From Laetmonice hystrix (taxonomy: Eukaryota), in assembly GCA_965235115.1 (NCBI GenBank), contig OZ249441.1:4774001-4838000 (forward strand): 64,000 bases of DNA, in the 5' to 3' direction. Within the stretch, counting starts at the first letter, position 1; each line of letters starts with the position of its first letter. The notes beneath the pieces are model-generated. The model had not been told where the DNA came from, made no database searches, and saw only the letters and a program-made list of their open reading frames with translations. Shown here one piece after another: positions 24,865 through 37,060 of the stretch. The position numbers and the translations under genes are program-made.

Positions 24865-27800
24865 CTATGTCTTAACAGTCAAGATAACACGTTTTTTCTT
24901 CTTTTTACGATTTTCTCTGAATCGGTCCGTGGCATCCATGAAGAAAGAAACTTCCTCCTTCTTTTCAATCTGTTCCTTTAGAAAACGTAGGCCAGCCAGA
25001 TTAAAACCTATTGTGTCCTGCAAACAAGATGCAACATAAGTCATCGACAGCCATCACAATACATGTGTATAGGAATAACAATACGCACGAATCGCCTACT
25101 TATACTTCGATTAAAGTCCATTTCATGGAATACACAGAAAAAGGAATATAGCAATAAATATTGACTAACTATTGAAAGTCTGTTAAAGAGCCATTTGGTT
25201 GCAGCATACCCATGATATAATTTAATTATTTTTGCTGTATGTAATACGTACTCTGATCTGAGCCACCGCTGTGGCCATGTGCGTGCGCAGACTCTGGATG
25301 GTGTCAAGTAGGACCTGGTTGGATGTGATCTGTCCGTGGTGGATTCTAAACACGAAACACATCATGTTAATTAACTTAACTATTGAATTTATATTTCACT
25401 AGATTCTAGTTATCTCACGGTAGGGAGTATTAACTTTTGCTTTACGCTTGATGCGGACTTACCGGAGAAGGAACAGAAGGCATCGGGAGGAAAGCTCCAC
25501 CTCCCATCCGTTTCCGATAAATATGTCGAGCAGGTGCAGGAGTGTGATTACATAGGAGAACGGCAGGACTAACAACGATTCCTCCAGCTCACTGTAACAA
25601 GGAACCTACCGTTACCGACACTTCTTACCATGACTGATAAAATAACACTGCTGCAATTTAACCTGAATCTTCTCTTCGAATCCTCGAACTGCAACTCGGT
25701 CCTTGTCCAGACTAACAAGTTAATTATAATATATTATATCTGACACTATGACTCATGAATCAGGAGAGGCTAATAGTGCAATCAAACAGTTGTCCAGACT
25801 AACAAGTTAATTATAACATATTATATCTGACACTATGACTCATGAATCACGAGAGGCTAATAGTGCAATCAAACAGTTGTCCAGACTAACAAGTTAATTA
25901 TAACATATTATATCTGACACTATGACTCATGAATCAGGAGAGGCTAATAGTGCAATCAAACAGTTGTTGTTCATTCACCTTGACTTGACTCGCTTTACGA
26001 CCTCCAACACATATTTTGTAGGTGTGGATGCTTTGAATGCAATCAGCATTGGATGAGGCACTGGAGCTGGTAGCTACAAGATAAGACACATCATGTTATA
26101 GATCATTCTTCACTACAGAAAATCTGAACTTGAAAATTGAAAACGCCCAATATACCTGCACCTTTACTTTCCACACCAGGAACTCTACAGATGATGTTTT
26201 TTTTTTTAATTTATTTTTATTAATTAATCTGACCTCAGGACCAGATCTTCCAGCAAGTCAAAAAGTATAATCAATGACATAGATGAAACAATATACAATG
26301 AGATTTACATTCGGTATAAAACATGGAAAGTTGAATGAGTATAAGAAAATATGAGAAGATGTAAATTGTCCTTTGTCAAACATATTACCTCTTTGCCAGA
26401 CTTTTCACATAAGGTCTTGTGCTCTTTTAGTTTGGCTGTCTCCTCTCTGTACAACTCGAGGGCCTCCATAATCCGCTCGGCCTGTCGTGACAAGTAACAC
26501 GGTCATTACCACAGCAACTGTGGAGGACTTACTCCTACAAGGTCGTTTCTCTGGCATGGTTACAGATGTACAGTACAACAGAAATATCATTGACTAAGTT
26601 GAAAAGTCTTTCTAAGTCCATCTTTTCACGTGGGTTTGATCACTTTGTTTTTCTATCCACTTACAGCTTTGACAGTTTCCACTGTCTTCTTTCCAGCAAT
26701 GCCCGTTTCTTTATTCGTCTCTCCAGGTATCTGTAACGGCAATTATTCACAGCAGTCCGATTAGCACGTCCTTACATCTCAACTTTTACCAACAATGTTA
26801 CAAGAGATATTATACAACTCACCACCGTATAAGAAGCAGTGCTTTTAAGTGTCAAATTTCACACAACTTCTTATAAAACGGTGTTTATGGAGTAGAAAAA
26901 AGTTTATACACACACCTACAGACATCGTATACCTTGTAACTTGTATATATTTCATATGATGAAAAAGTGTGAAAGTCACTTAACAGGACTGACTGATCGT
27001 GTTCACTTACCACAGGTTCCTCACCCTCTGCTATCGCCTCCTCATAACCTTCCTCTCGCTCCTACAGAGACATTCCAGTTACATAAAGGTTGGATCACTT
27101 CGTGGACAAAAATCAATCAATATTTTCAACTTCTTTTTTTAAATTTAACAAATAGTTCATACAATACAATACAATAAAACCCCAAATAAAATCCACTCCA
27201 GTAAATCAGATGATGCCTATAATCCCCTAGTTACCATTTCTCTCTCCTCCTCCAGTACGAGTGGTTCCTCTGTCCTCTCCCACAGACGCAGTGACTTGTC
27301 ATGGGACGCCGTCACCACAAAGTTCCCGCTCGGACTCACGGCCAGTGACCAGATTTCTCCATGATGACCCTGTTAAATGTACCAGCAAAAAATTAAAGGG
27401 ATGTACTGTTTTCAGCCTGAACATACGTGTCATACTTTCTACATTTAATTGCCAGTAATTTTCAGATCACCCACCTCTAAAGTCTGGATGTGGTCAAAGC
27501 TGTCTGCATCCCACTCTTTCAGCTTACGATCTTTGCCTCCCGAGAAAAACATGTGTGTCTTCCCAACAAACTGAACACACATAATGCTACAATATAAACA
27601 CATGACTGTTAGATGTGAGGTGACAAATTAAACACTTGGCTTAAACCTACATTATAAACACATGACTGTTATACGTGAGGTTATAAATTAAACACTTAGC
27701 TTAAACCTACATTATAAACACATGACTCTCACAATTCTATAATTGGATTTAGCTTAACAATTAAAACTGATGTCATATCATTTTTACCTGTCGTCATGAG

Positions 27801-30800
27801 CAAATATAGACTTGTGACAGTCCCCGAAATCGAGGCCCCAGAGTTTTACATTTCTGTCTGCCGAGCCAGTCACCAGGAGAGTGGAGTCAGATGAGATGGA
27901 CATACAAAGTACTGGCAGTTTGTGACCATACAGTGACAGGAAAAACTGGAATGATCAACACATACAATGTAAGATGTCTGCTCCAAGCATACTCTCCCCT
28001 CCCTAAATGACAAATTACACCTCAGCCCTCTACTAGTGGTTTCAATCAATGCCTGGCCTTTCTGCAAAACATCCAATGCCACATTGTGTTACCTGCATTT
28101 TGGGAACAAGTACAAAATGTATGTTTATTACTTCTCAGCTGGAATGATATTAATTGTTGACTTTCCACCTACTTTGAGTGTGTCTGTGAAGAATACTTTG
28201 ACGGTGTTATCTAGTAGTGACACAGCCAGCAGACGATGATCAGGGCTGTAATATAGAATTATCAAACGGTACACAACCAGAGTACCGGTATAGATATATG
28301 AACAGGTAGTTATCATTTTCTAAGGTTAGTCGTACCAATACACCACAACACATTAGTGAGAACCCTGAAAGGATATTCTCACATCTTCTTATATCTAAAT
28401 GTGAAGGTGTACTCACCTAAACTTGACACAAAGGACATCGTCTGACATCTTCAGTGTTCTTGTATGTGAAACAGTCAACCTTTTGCTGCAAAAATCCAGC
28501 CACATATCATCATATACCTTCTAACAAGTGCAACAATCCAGACACATATCATCATATAAACCTTCTAACAAGTGCAACAATCCAGCCACATATCATCATA
28601 TACCTTCTAACAAGTACATTATTGGTTACTCCTTGTAATGTTTTTCCTACTGTCATCTGATATATAATTTATGATAAATCTGATAAATTTCCATGTAATT
28701 TTCATCTGCCTTTTTAATAATACCATAAAACGCAAATTTACTGGTCCACACTAAAGCATAGACTATATACCCATCGTTTGGAATTGGTATACAGTTGAAA
28801 ATATCAGCCTTTCTAGCAGAGGCCAGTAAGGGCAGCCTCGACAAGCTATGTAATGCCACTGTAGATTGCCCTGAGTAAGCCTTCCCTATCAGGACGGTAC
28901 CGTAAACACATTAGGGAAGAAACCTTAACAAATATCTCCATCCATAAATATCTCATAATTTACATCATCAAGATAGATCTTTCATCAAATTGACCTACCT
29001 TGTTGAAGACACACCTTCATCTGTGACGAGTTCAAAGTCCCAGAATTTGACATCGTGATCTGCACTACCAGACACTAAACCCCGCTAAAACAGAGGACAC
29101 ATGACATCAGTAACCAGTGTTATCCGAGGACTATTTTCTTATCCTAGCCCACTCCCTACTACAGATATTACAGGTCAATATGCATATGGCATGGACCAAG
29201 GTCATACCTGGGACTGTTTCAGTAGTCGTCCGGAGTGTCACTGAGAGTGACAATAAGAAATGTTTTAACATTCTCTCTAGTAATAATTTGATTAGAATCA
29301 CCCCTCCTTCTATTTAACTGTATATTATATAATTATACAATCCATACAAAAGAGTTTATTTTACTAAGTAAGCATTGTTACCATGTCTGGAGCTATACAT
29401 ATGGACCATACAGCTCCAGTGTGTGCGTCCACAGATTCCAAGAGAGTTCCAGATGCCAAATCAAAAATCTGCAGTTTTCCTGTCTGCAAACGCAAGCAAA
29501 AGTTATCAGATTTCAAAGCATGTCACAATAATAACTTACAACATTAAGCACACTACATTAACAATGGTCAATGATTAATAAAACCCCATTTTCTTTTTAA
29601 TTCTTTGACCAGTTCCGAACCCCCAAAACCCCTTATAGTTGTCAAAAATACATCAGACAACTTGAATATATGCACAGTAAAACGTCCAAGAAAAAAAATT
29701 AAAATAAATTCGCCTCAGTGCGTTCCACCTAAATCATAGCAGTCTCATGCCTACCTTTGTTCCAATAATAACGTGTCTATCTCCCGGAGCAAACAGAGAA
29801 CAAAGGGCATAATCACACGGAATGGTCCGTATACACTGGAGGGTGGCTCTGCAATGGTAATTAAAGAGATTTTACTAATAGACCATATAAAATAACTATT
29901 TAAAAAATGCTGCAAATTGTATTCTATGATTCAAATCTGGTGAGTATTTACTATTTTTAACATAAATAGTTGTGTTGCACAATGTAACATCGGACATGGT
30001 TGATGATTTACCTGTTCCAAATTTTTAGGGACTCAGCACTGGCTGATACTGTAGCTGTGTTGTCGGAGCTGAAGCTGAGGGTACGAACATCAGAACGGTG
30101 CCCTGGCATATTCAGTTTGAACACATTACTTGCTGAGGGATTCTTCTCCGTCAAACTGACATCACAACTTTCTAATGTGTTATTATTGTGAAGACACAAT
30201 ACCTGAAAATATAGCTTTAAATGTCGTTCATCCTGTTCAATTGTTAACATCAATATAAACAAAAGACTGGATTTAACTTTTTTATTGGTGAAAGCAAATC
30301 AGAATAAACACAAATATTTGAATTTAGTGAAAAAAAACCAGAATATCTGTACTTTCATGAAATGAATTTGAAGTTTAGATAGGACTCAGCAGGTTTTTAA
30401 CAGTCCATTAGAAAACCAGAAACCTACGATTTCTCCTTGTCCTTTGGGACATATAATTAAACCTGTAGCATATGCATCTAAATTATAATGGAGACATATG
30501 AACATCTTACCTTAAATATATCTGACTGATCTACATAGCAGTCAAGTGACCGTAGCTTGCCAGACATTTTAAGTCGTGTAAACTTGCTGATTTCATCAGT
30601 TAAAGCTAACTCTATCTCAGTCACAGATCCCTCATCAAGTCCTGCCTCCCGGGCCTTTCTCTTGGCCTTTTTCTTTTTCCTTTGCAATCTCGTCCTTGCC
30701 TCCTCCTCCGTGAGTACTTTAAACAGTTCCAAGTGGGAATCTGTTCCCTGGAGGACAGAAAACAAAGATTGCACAACCTATGCTTGTATCCTTTTTTTTT

Positions 30801-32655
30801 ATTATGATCTGATTCTAACTACATTGTAAATACAAGCTGAAGTTTGTGACATAAGTTGTATACATACATGACATCCCATAAATCTTCCCGACGGGTCTGC
30901 GGTCAGAGACAGGACGCGTTCCCTCCCCTGCCTCATCACTGAGCCCAGCTTGGTGCAGCCAAGAACGCCCTGAAAATATCAGCATCACAAAATGGTCACT
31001 CAATCTAACAAAAGCTTGTCAGTCTATCTGTTATTACATTACAGGTGTATTTAGTGGCATTCACTGCAGTATCATAGCTACAGGAAAGACTAAGCCTCAC
31101 ATGTAAAAGAAAGGGGTCTCATTTTCTAATGTTAATGTTATACACATTATAAAACAGCCTTAAATTTAGAGTGTTAGCAGTTAAACCGGAATGCTGACAT
31201 TATTTTTTGGCTTGTATAAATAAAGAGCAGAGTAAACATAAAAAAATTCTCACCATGTCTTCACTGCTTGCACTTTCTTCTTCATCTTCGTCAAGAAGTC
31301 TATTGGTTTCATCGACCTTAATCCGCTTAGTGTCAGGACCTTCAGCCTCCTGTGTGTCACAAAACATTGAGAAAAGGTTGAGAAAAAAATGATAAAAGGT
31401 GGAATTTATTGTGTTTTCAAAACTGGCAATCAAAAATTGTGCATTGGTCCAATATCTACTTCTATTGTATGTGTTATAAATACTTACTATTTGTGGTTCG
31501 TGGAGTGCCCACACTCGGAGCTCACTGTCCCCTGAGCCTGTGACTAAAAGGGTTTCATTCTTCACCAACACAAAGTCCCACACCTACAACATACACACCA
31601 GTTCATCACCCAATACATTACAATGAGATCAAAATATAACTTTCTAAAAAATAGGAAATGACAATCAAGATTACCTCAGTTCTGTGGCCAACTAAAGTCC
31701 GGAAACAGTGCTGTGTGTCCAAATCCCAGAACTTGACCAACATATCCTTAGAACTGAAACATTGAATTTGTATACTCAATCACAATTACATGAGAATTAC
31801 TTTCTTTTCAAATGATTAAAATGAGCAATCAGATTATTCTACCCATGTCCATATTTCCTTTGACTATCACATACCTGGTTATTAGAACATTTCTGGTGTC
31901 CATTATGTAAGCCTGGGTAATCGCCCCTTTGTGTCCTCGCAGGCGGAACAATCCAGTTTCACCAACAATGTCCCACACAATAACATCTGTGTCCTACAAG
32001 TTATCACATAACGAACAAGTCCTTTACGGGTACATAATCTAATATATGCATTAAAAAACATATGCACCTGGGGGTTCAGAAATGAAGTTTTATAGACGGA
32101 CCTAAAATGGCAGAGATTGGCACTTGGACATCCTCATTTCCAAGTATACTTACATTGGCCCCTGACACCAATCTTACTCCGTCTTTGTCATAGCTGAGGG
32201 CATTTACTGCCGACTTGTGACCACTGAATGTGACAGACATCTCTCCTGTTTGAAGGCTATAGATTCGAACCATGCCATTGACATAACCGACCGCCAGATG
32301 TTTTTTATCAGGACTCCTCGCCAACACAGTCACTTCATGTTTGTCTCCATGCAGGACCATTTTCTGTGGAAATATCAGCAATGACACATTTTATACCAAG
32401 CTTCCAAGAAGAGGAAATTGCATTGAAAGTTTCTTTGAGACGTTGATTTCCTAGTCAAGTATAAGGAGAATGATGGTGCCCTACCTTGGTTCCTTTACGG
32501 AGATCCCAAATAATGACATGCTGGCAGGCTGCCACTGCACACAATTTTCCATGTTGTCCATCATTACTGAGAAACAATACATTAGCTCTGGAGCTGCCAA
32601 CAATGCCAAACAGTCCTGCGGCTGCATACCGACGATACTGCTTCGTCAGACCCAT
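24865..32655 (-). CDS. WDR3: WD repeat-containing protein 3 (UTP12/DIP2), SSU processome component, multi-exon
   Basis: N-terminus [10 protein letters not shown] (exon 32485-32655); WD40 exons ([54 protein letters not shown]). C-terminal exons [28 protein letters not shown] (25463-25591), [10 protein letters not shown] (25252-25345), [10 protein letters not shown]...[10 protein letters not shown] (24865-25017). Not every internal exon boundary was fixed. Confidence 0.95.
25704..25967. repeat. 87-bp tandem repeat x3 (WDR3 intron)
   Basis: Unit starts at 25704, 25791 and 25878. Confidence 0.9.
27593..27728. repeat. About 62-bp tandem repeat, about 2.2 copies (WDR3 intron)
   Basis: tataaacacatgact...aaacctacat repeated. 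Confidence 0.75.
28495..28615. repeat. About 42-bp tandem repeat x3 (WDR3 intron)
   Basis: aatccag(c/a)cacatatcatcatata(a)ccttctaacaagtgcaac repeated. Confidence 0.8.
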
Positions 32656-33326
32656 GGTATCCTACTCTTAACAGCTGCTGTAACATGACAAAATAAACCG
32701 AGAACTTAGCTGACAACATTCAACATGTTTATGTCTACAACCAAATGCTGCTGGTCCTCTCAACATCATACCTTTTGCTTTTAAAAAAGTGAGTAGAAGT
32801 TGGGTGTACCAGTACCATTACAAGAGTACCAGTACCTGTCCTCCTATATACCCCACCTGACTATAGTGATTAGGGCCTTATGTACCCCACCTGACTGTAT
32901 TTTTCTTTTGAAATGCACGGGCATCAGGGGTAACCCAATTACTTTGACAATGTCCCTAAAGAGAAAAGTTGTATAGTCCTCTACAGGAATCGAACCCCGA
33001 CCCCAAGATTACTGCACCCATTCGCATAGCATAAGGTGTCGACGCTCATGCCCACTCGGCCACTCCCCTAAAAAAGGAGCTTTGGTGGTCGAGCAGGACA
33101 ATGGACCCTCCCCCCTACACACATCTTCCGAGATGAGACGGAGTCCATATTTTCCTAGATAGAGCTACCCGTGATTTCTACCGAACATTGACTGTTAAGG
33201 TCATCCTGGCACTGGCGTAGACTGTATTTTTCTTTTGAAATGCACGGGCATCAGGCGTAACCCAATTACTTTGACAATGTCCCTAAATAGAAAAGTTGTA
33301 AAGTCCTCTACAGGAATCGAACCCCG

Positions 33327-33672
33327 GTGTCGCGGTCTGTTTTCTCCGCGGTCTGAAATCTCCGGGAGGTTGGCTGCAGAGTCGCGTGTATTTGTATCGT
33401 TCTCGGTAAACTATCCGATATATCGGGTCAGGATGGAGTCTCACGTAATAACCCTTTTCTACTCCGTCAGTTTTGGTCCACAATTTGCCTATCCAGGCTG
33501 TCGTTTATTACTGTTTGTAAGAAAAATCCACCGCCAATCAGCTAGCAGACGACCGGAGGTGTGAACCCAAACTGTGACACGCGCGTGCTCACTTGGTCAG
33601 GTTCGGCCTCTAAACAATAGGAAACCATGCACCCGGAGATTACAGACCGGCGGAGAAAACAGACCGCGACAC
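33327..33672 (+). mobile_element. 346-bp MITE, copy A
   Basis: About 40-bp TIR GTGTCGCGGTCTGTTTTCTCCGC(C)GGTCTG.AATCTCCGGG; CG on both flanks (33325-33326, 33673-33674); interrupts a unit whose uninterrupted copy is at 32894-33220. Confidence 0.85.
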
Positions 33673-33821
33673 CGGCCCCAAGATTACTGCACCCATTCGC
33701 ATAGCATAAGGCATTGACGCCCATGCCCACTCGGCCACCGCCACTTCCCTAAAAAGGAAGCTTTGGTGGTCGAGCAGGACAATGGACCCTCCCCCCTACA
33801 CACATCTTCCGAGATGAGACG

Positions 33822-34168
33822 GTGTCACGGTCTGTTTTCTCCGCCGGTCTGTAATCTCCGGGTGCATGGTTTCCTATTGTTTAGAGGCCGACCCAGACAG
33901 GGTGAGCACGAGCGTGTCGCAGTTTGGGCTCACACCTCCGGTCGTCTGCTAGCTGATGGGCAGTAGAGTTTTCTTCCAAACAGTAATAAACGACAGCCTG
34001 GATAGGCAAATTGTGGACCAAAACTGACGGAGGAGAAAGGGGTTATTACGTAAGACTCCATCCCAGGCCTGATATTTAGGATAGTTTACCGAGAACGATA
34101 CAAATACACATGACTCTGCAGCCCACCTCCCGGGGATTTCAGACCGCGGAGAAAACAGACCGCGACAA
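33822..34168 (-). mobile_element. 347-bp MITE, copy B (same family, opposite orientation)
   Basis: Reverse-complement match to copy A along its length; CG flanks at 33820-33821 and 34169-34170. Confidence 0.85.
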
Positions 34169-34673
34169 CGGAATCCATATTTTCCTAGATAGAGCTACCC
34201 ATGATTTCTACCGAACATTGACTGTTAAGGTCATCCTGGTACTGGCGTAGACTGTATTTTTCTTTTGAAATGCACGGGCAACCGACGGCACACCGACCAG
34301 ACTCAACAACCGGACTGTGTGGACGTTATATTTGTCGGACCATATTTGTCTAATACTCATAATCAGGGTCAGAATAGACAGACAGACACCCCCACTACCG
34401 GTGGAATACAATAGCGTCGGTAGAGTCAATTTCGTACGGGCTACGAAGTCTGCGAAAGCAATTCCTTTCGCAGCGTGCGCTGAAGAAGCAGTCATAGGAA
34501 CTCGCCATGTTTCCTGACCCTGTGCTGTGGCTGTGGCTGGGCCACACTGCCCACCGTGTATTCAACTGCTTGAACTACCACCTCTTCAGTCTACAATTAA
34601 AATGTCAGAAAATCTACAGGTCCGGCAATCCCACCTTTTCGCATTGTTTAGTAAAAACTGTCCAGTTACTTAC

Positions 34674-34900
34674 CTGAAAAGGTTAAATTCCCACTTGCTG
34701 TCTAAGTAGGCCTGTACAACATTTCTATCGGTGTCAACACGTGTTCCCAACAACAGGAAGTGAAAATATATGCGCCACCTACTGGCATCAAATAGAAGTA
34801 GTTTTACGTCACACTCCGCCAGGGGGCTCTCCATCACCCCCTAGCGGGAGAACTCTGAAAGTCTAGTTTACGATCTCGTTTCGACAATAGGTGGCGCCTC
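34674..34900 (-). promoter_or_regulatory. Probable WDR3 non-coding first exon and core promoter
   Basis: Minus-strand donor tttcag|gtaagt at 34674 pairs with the acceptor ttacag at 32678-32680, 22 nt upstream of the WDR3 ATG. CpG-containing region with an ETS-like CAGGAAGTG (34754-34762) and four CTCF-like motifs. TSS is inferred. Confidence 0.5.
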
Positions 34901-36072
34901 CTGCGCAATGCTAATATTTCAGACCTCCGCAATTTTTCAACCCTCTTTGAACAATTCGGGGAGGGTGGGTCCCCATAAAAAGGGCATTGGGTAAGAGGTC
35001 AGATGGGGAAATCTAACAAAGAAGGGGGTCGCACACGGGTAAATTAAGAGAGAAAACATTATTAGAAAGGGGGGGGGGAGTGGCCTAAATAACTGCATGA
35101 GGTCAACACAAAACGGAATGTATTCATGAACTTTATTATAAAAGAGCAGTATATTACAGATATTATTATCTCGACACCTGTAGCACAGCTGTTGACATTC
35201 ATGTGGCCAATGCTGCTATAGGGCCTAATATAGCCTATAAGTGTGTTCTCTGTTACACTGCGTCTCTAAGTACGAATGAATTCCACAAGAAACATCAGAA
35301 ACTTCAACTGGAACTATAGCAAAATGGAACTGTTTGAATAGGCATCGATCTTTGCTCGTGTTTCTATTATTTCTAATGTGTTGTACGTGTGTTTTACAAC
35401 TATTCCCATACTTTCAAGACAACCTTTGAGCATGCTTCAGAGCCAACGTTTAATATATCCAATGCCACTGCTGCGGACACATACGAAATGCTGTTAGTAC
35501 ATGCTGCAGTCTTTAATCGAAATAATCTCATTAATTACCCTCTCGCAACACAGCCAGAAAATTAGTATAAAGTCTTCTCTGTAGCTTTATACACATAATC
35601 ATTAGTGTCAGTACGATTCCTGAACGTTTTCGTTGTTTGTATCATTAATGACAAACCTGGAGCCACAGAACGAAATGGCCGTTACAGTTAGTCACATTTA
35701 TGCACCATATTGTATCTGTTTACATGTACTTCAAGGTAGAAAAGTCATTGAGCCTTTCACAGGTTAAGCTCTTTACAAAGTTCTCTGTCAAACATGATAA
35801 TAATTTGAGCCTTAAATTTTTAGTAAACTCATTTTCAAGCATATATTATAGAACGAAAATATCAAGTTTCAGACATTCTGTTAAAGTTAATAATATGTTT
35901 CAGATTTATTTCAGCTCATCGGTGATAAAGTTCCATGCAAACGAATTTCGATCAATTCGCCAGACTGATCTGGAAGTTATCGCACTATCTCCACATCCGT
36001 GAGTTAAATAACCATATAAACCAGGCAAACAAATATTCAACCTCCACTCTAGGAACAGCTACGTCTACAGAA

Positions 36073-37060
36073 GCTGAGATCTTTCACAGCTCCACCTACC
36101 GGTACCCATGTGATAGCTGAGATCTTTTACAGCTCCACCTACCGGTACCCATGTGGTAGCTGAGATCTTTCACAGCTCCACCTAGCGGTACCCATGGCAT
36201 AGCTGAGATCTTTCACAGCTCCACCTAGCGGTACCCATGTGACAGCTGAGATCTTTTACAGCTCCATCTAACGGTACCCATGTGATAGCTGAGATCTTTC
36301 ACAGCTCCACCTAGCGGTACCCATGTGATAGCTGAGATCTTTCACAGCTCCACCTACCGGTACCCATGTGATAGCTGAGATATTTTACAGCTCCACCTAG
36401 CGGTACCCATGTGATAGCTGAGATCTTTCACAGCTCCACCTACCGGTACATATGTGATAGCTGAGATCTTTTACAGCTCCACCTACCGGTACATATGTGA
36501 TAGCTGAGATCTTTCACAGCTCCACCTACCGGTACATATGTGATAGCTGAGATCTTTTACAGCTCCATCTAACGGTACCCATGTGATAGCTGAGATCTTT
36601 CACAGCTCCACCTAGCGGTACCCATGTGATAGCTGAGATCTTTCACAGCTCCACCTACCGGTACCCATGTGATAGCTGAGATCTTTCACAGCTCCACCTA
36701 CCGGTACCCATGTGATAGCTGAGTTTGTTCACAGCTCCACCTAGCGGTACCCATGTGATAGCTGAGATCTTTCACAGCTCCACCTAGCGGGACCCATGTG
36801 ATAGCTGAGATCTTTCACAGCTCCACCTAGCGGTACCCATGTGATAGCTGAGATCGTTCACAGCTCCACCTAGCGGTACCCATGTGATAGCTGAGATCTT
36901 TCACAGCTCCACCTAGCGGTACCCATGTGATAGCTGAGATCCTTCACAGCTCCACCTACCGTTACCTATGTGATAGCTGAGTTTGTTCACAGCTCCACCT
37001 ACCGGTACCCATGTGATAGCTGAGTTTGTTCACAGCTCCACCTACCGGTACCCATGTGAT
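36073..37060. repeat. 43-bp minisatellite, about 23 copies
   Basis: Unit gctgagatctttcacagctccaccta(c/g)cggtacccatgtgata; period 43 (36073, 36116). Confidence 0.95.

Larger units (their letters stand above)
32894..34280 (-). repeat. Tandem 327-bp unit with a tRNA-derived (SINE-like/pseudo-tRNA) head, about 2.1 copies
   Basis: Unit starts at 32894, 33221 and 34251 (second unit lengthened by two MITEs). Minus strand has A-box TGGCCGAGTGG and B-box GGTTCGATTCC. Confidence 0.65.

Noticed and set aside
28800-28930. Intronic H/ACA snoRNA in WDR3 (stems cttcccta/tagggaag and agggca/tgccct)
   Set aside because: No correctly placed H box or terminal ACA on the host strand; stems are short. An Infernal/Rfam scan would settle it.
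32990-33070. Functional tRNA gene
   Set aside because: A and B boxes present, but no convincing acceptor stem or anticodon arm; same conclusion for the 58.9-kb SINE head.
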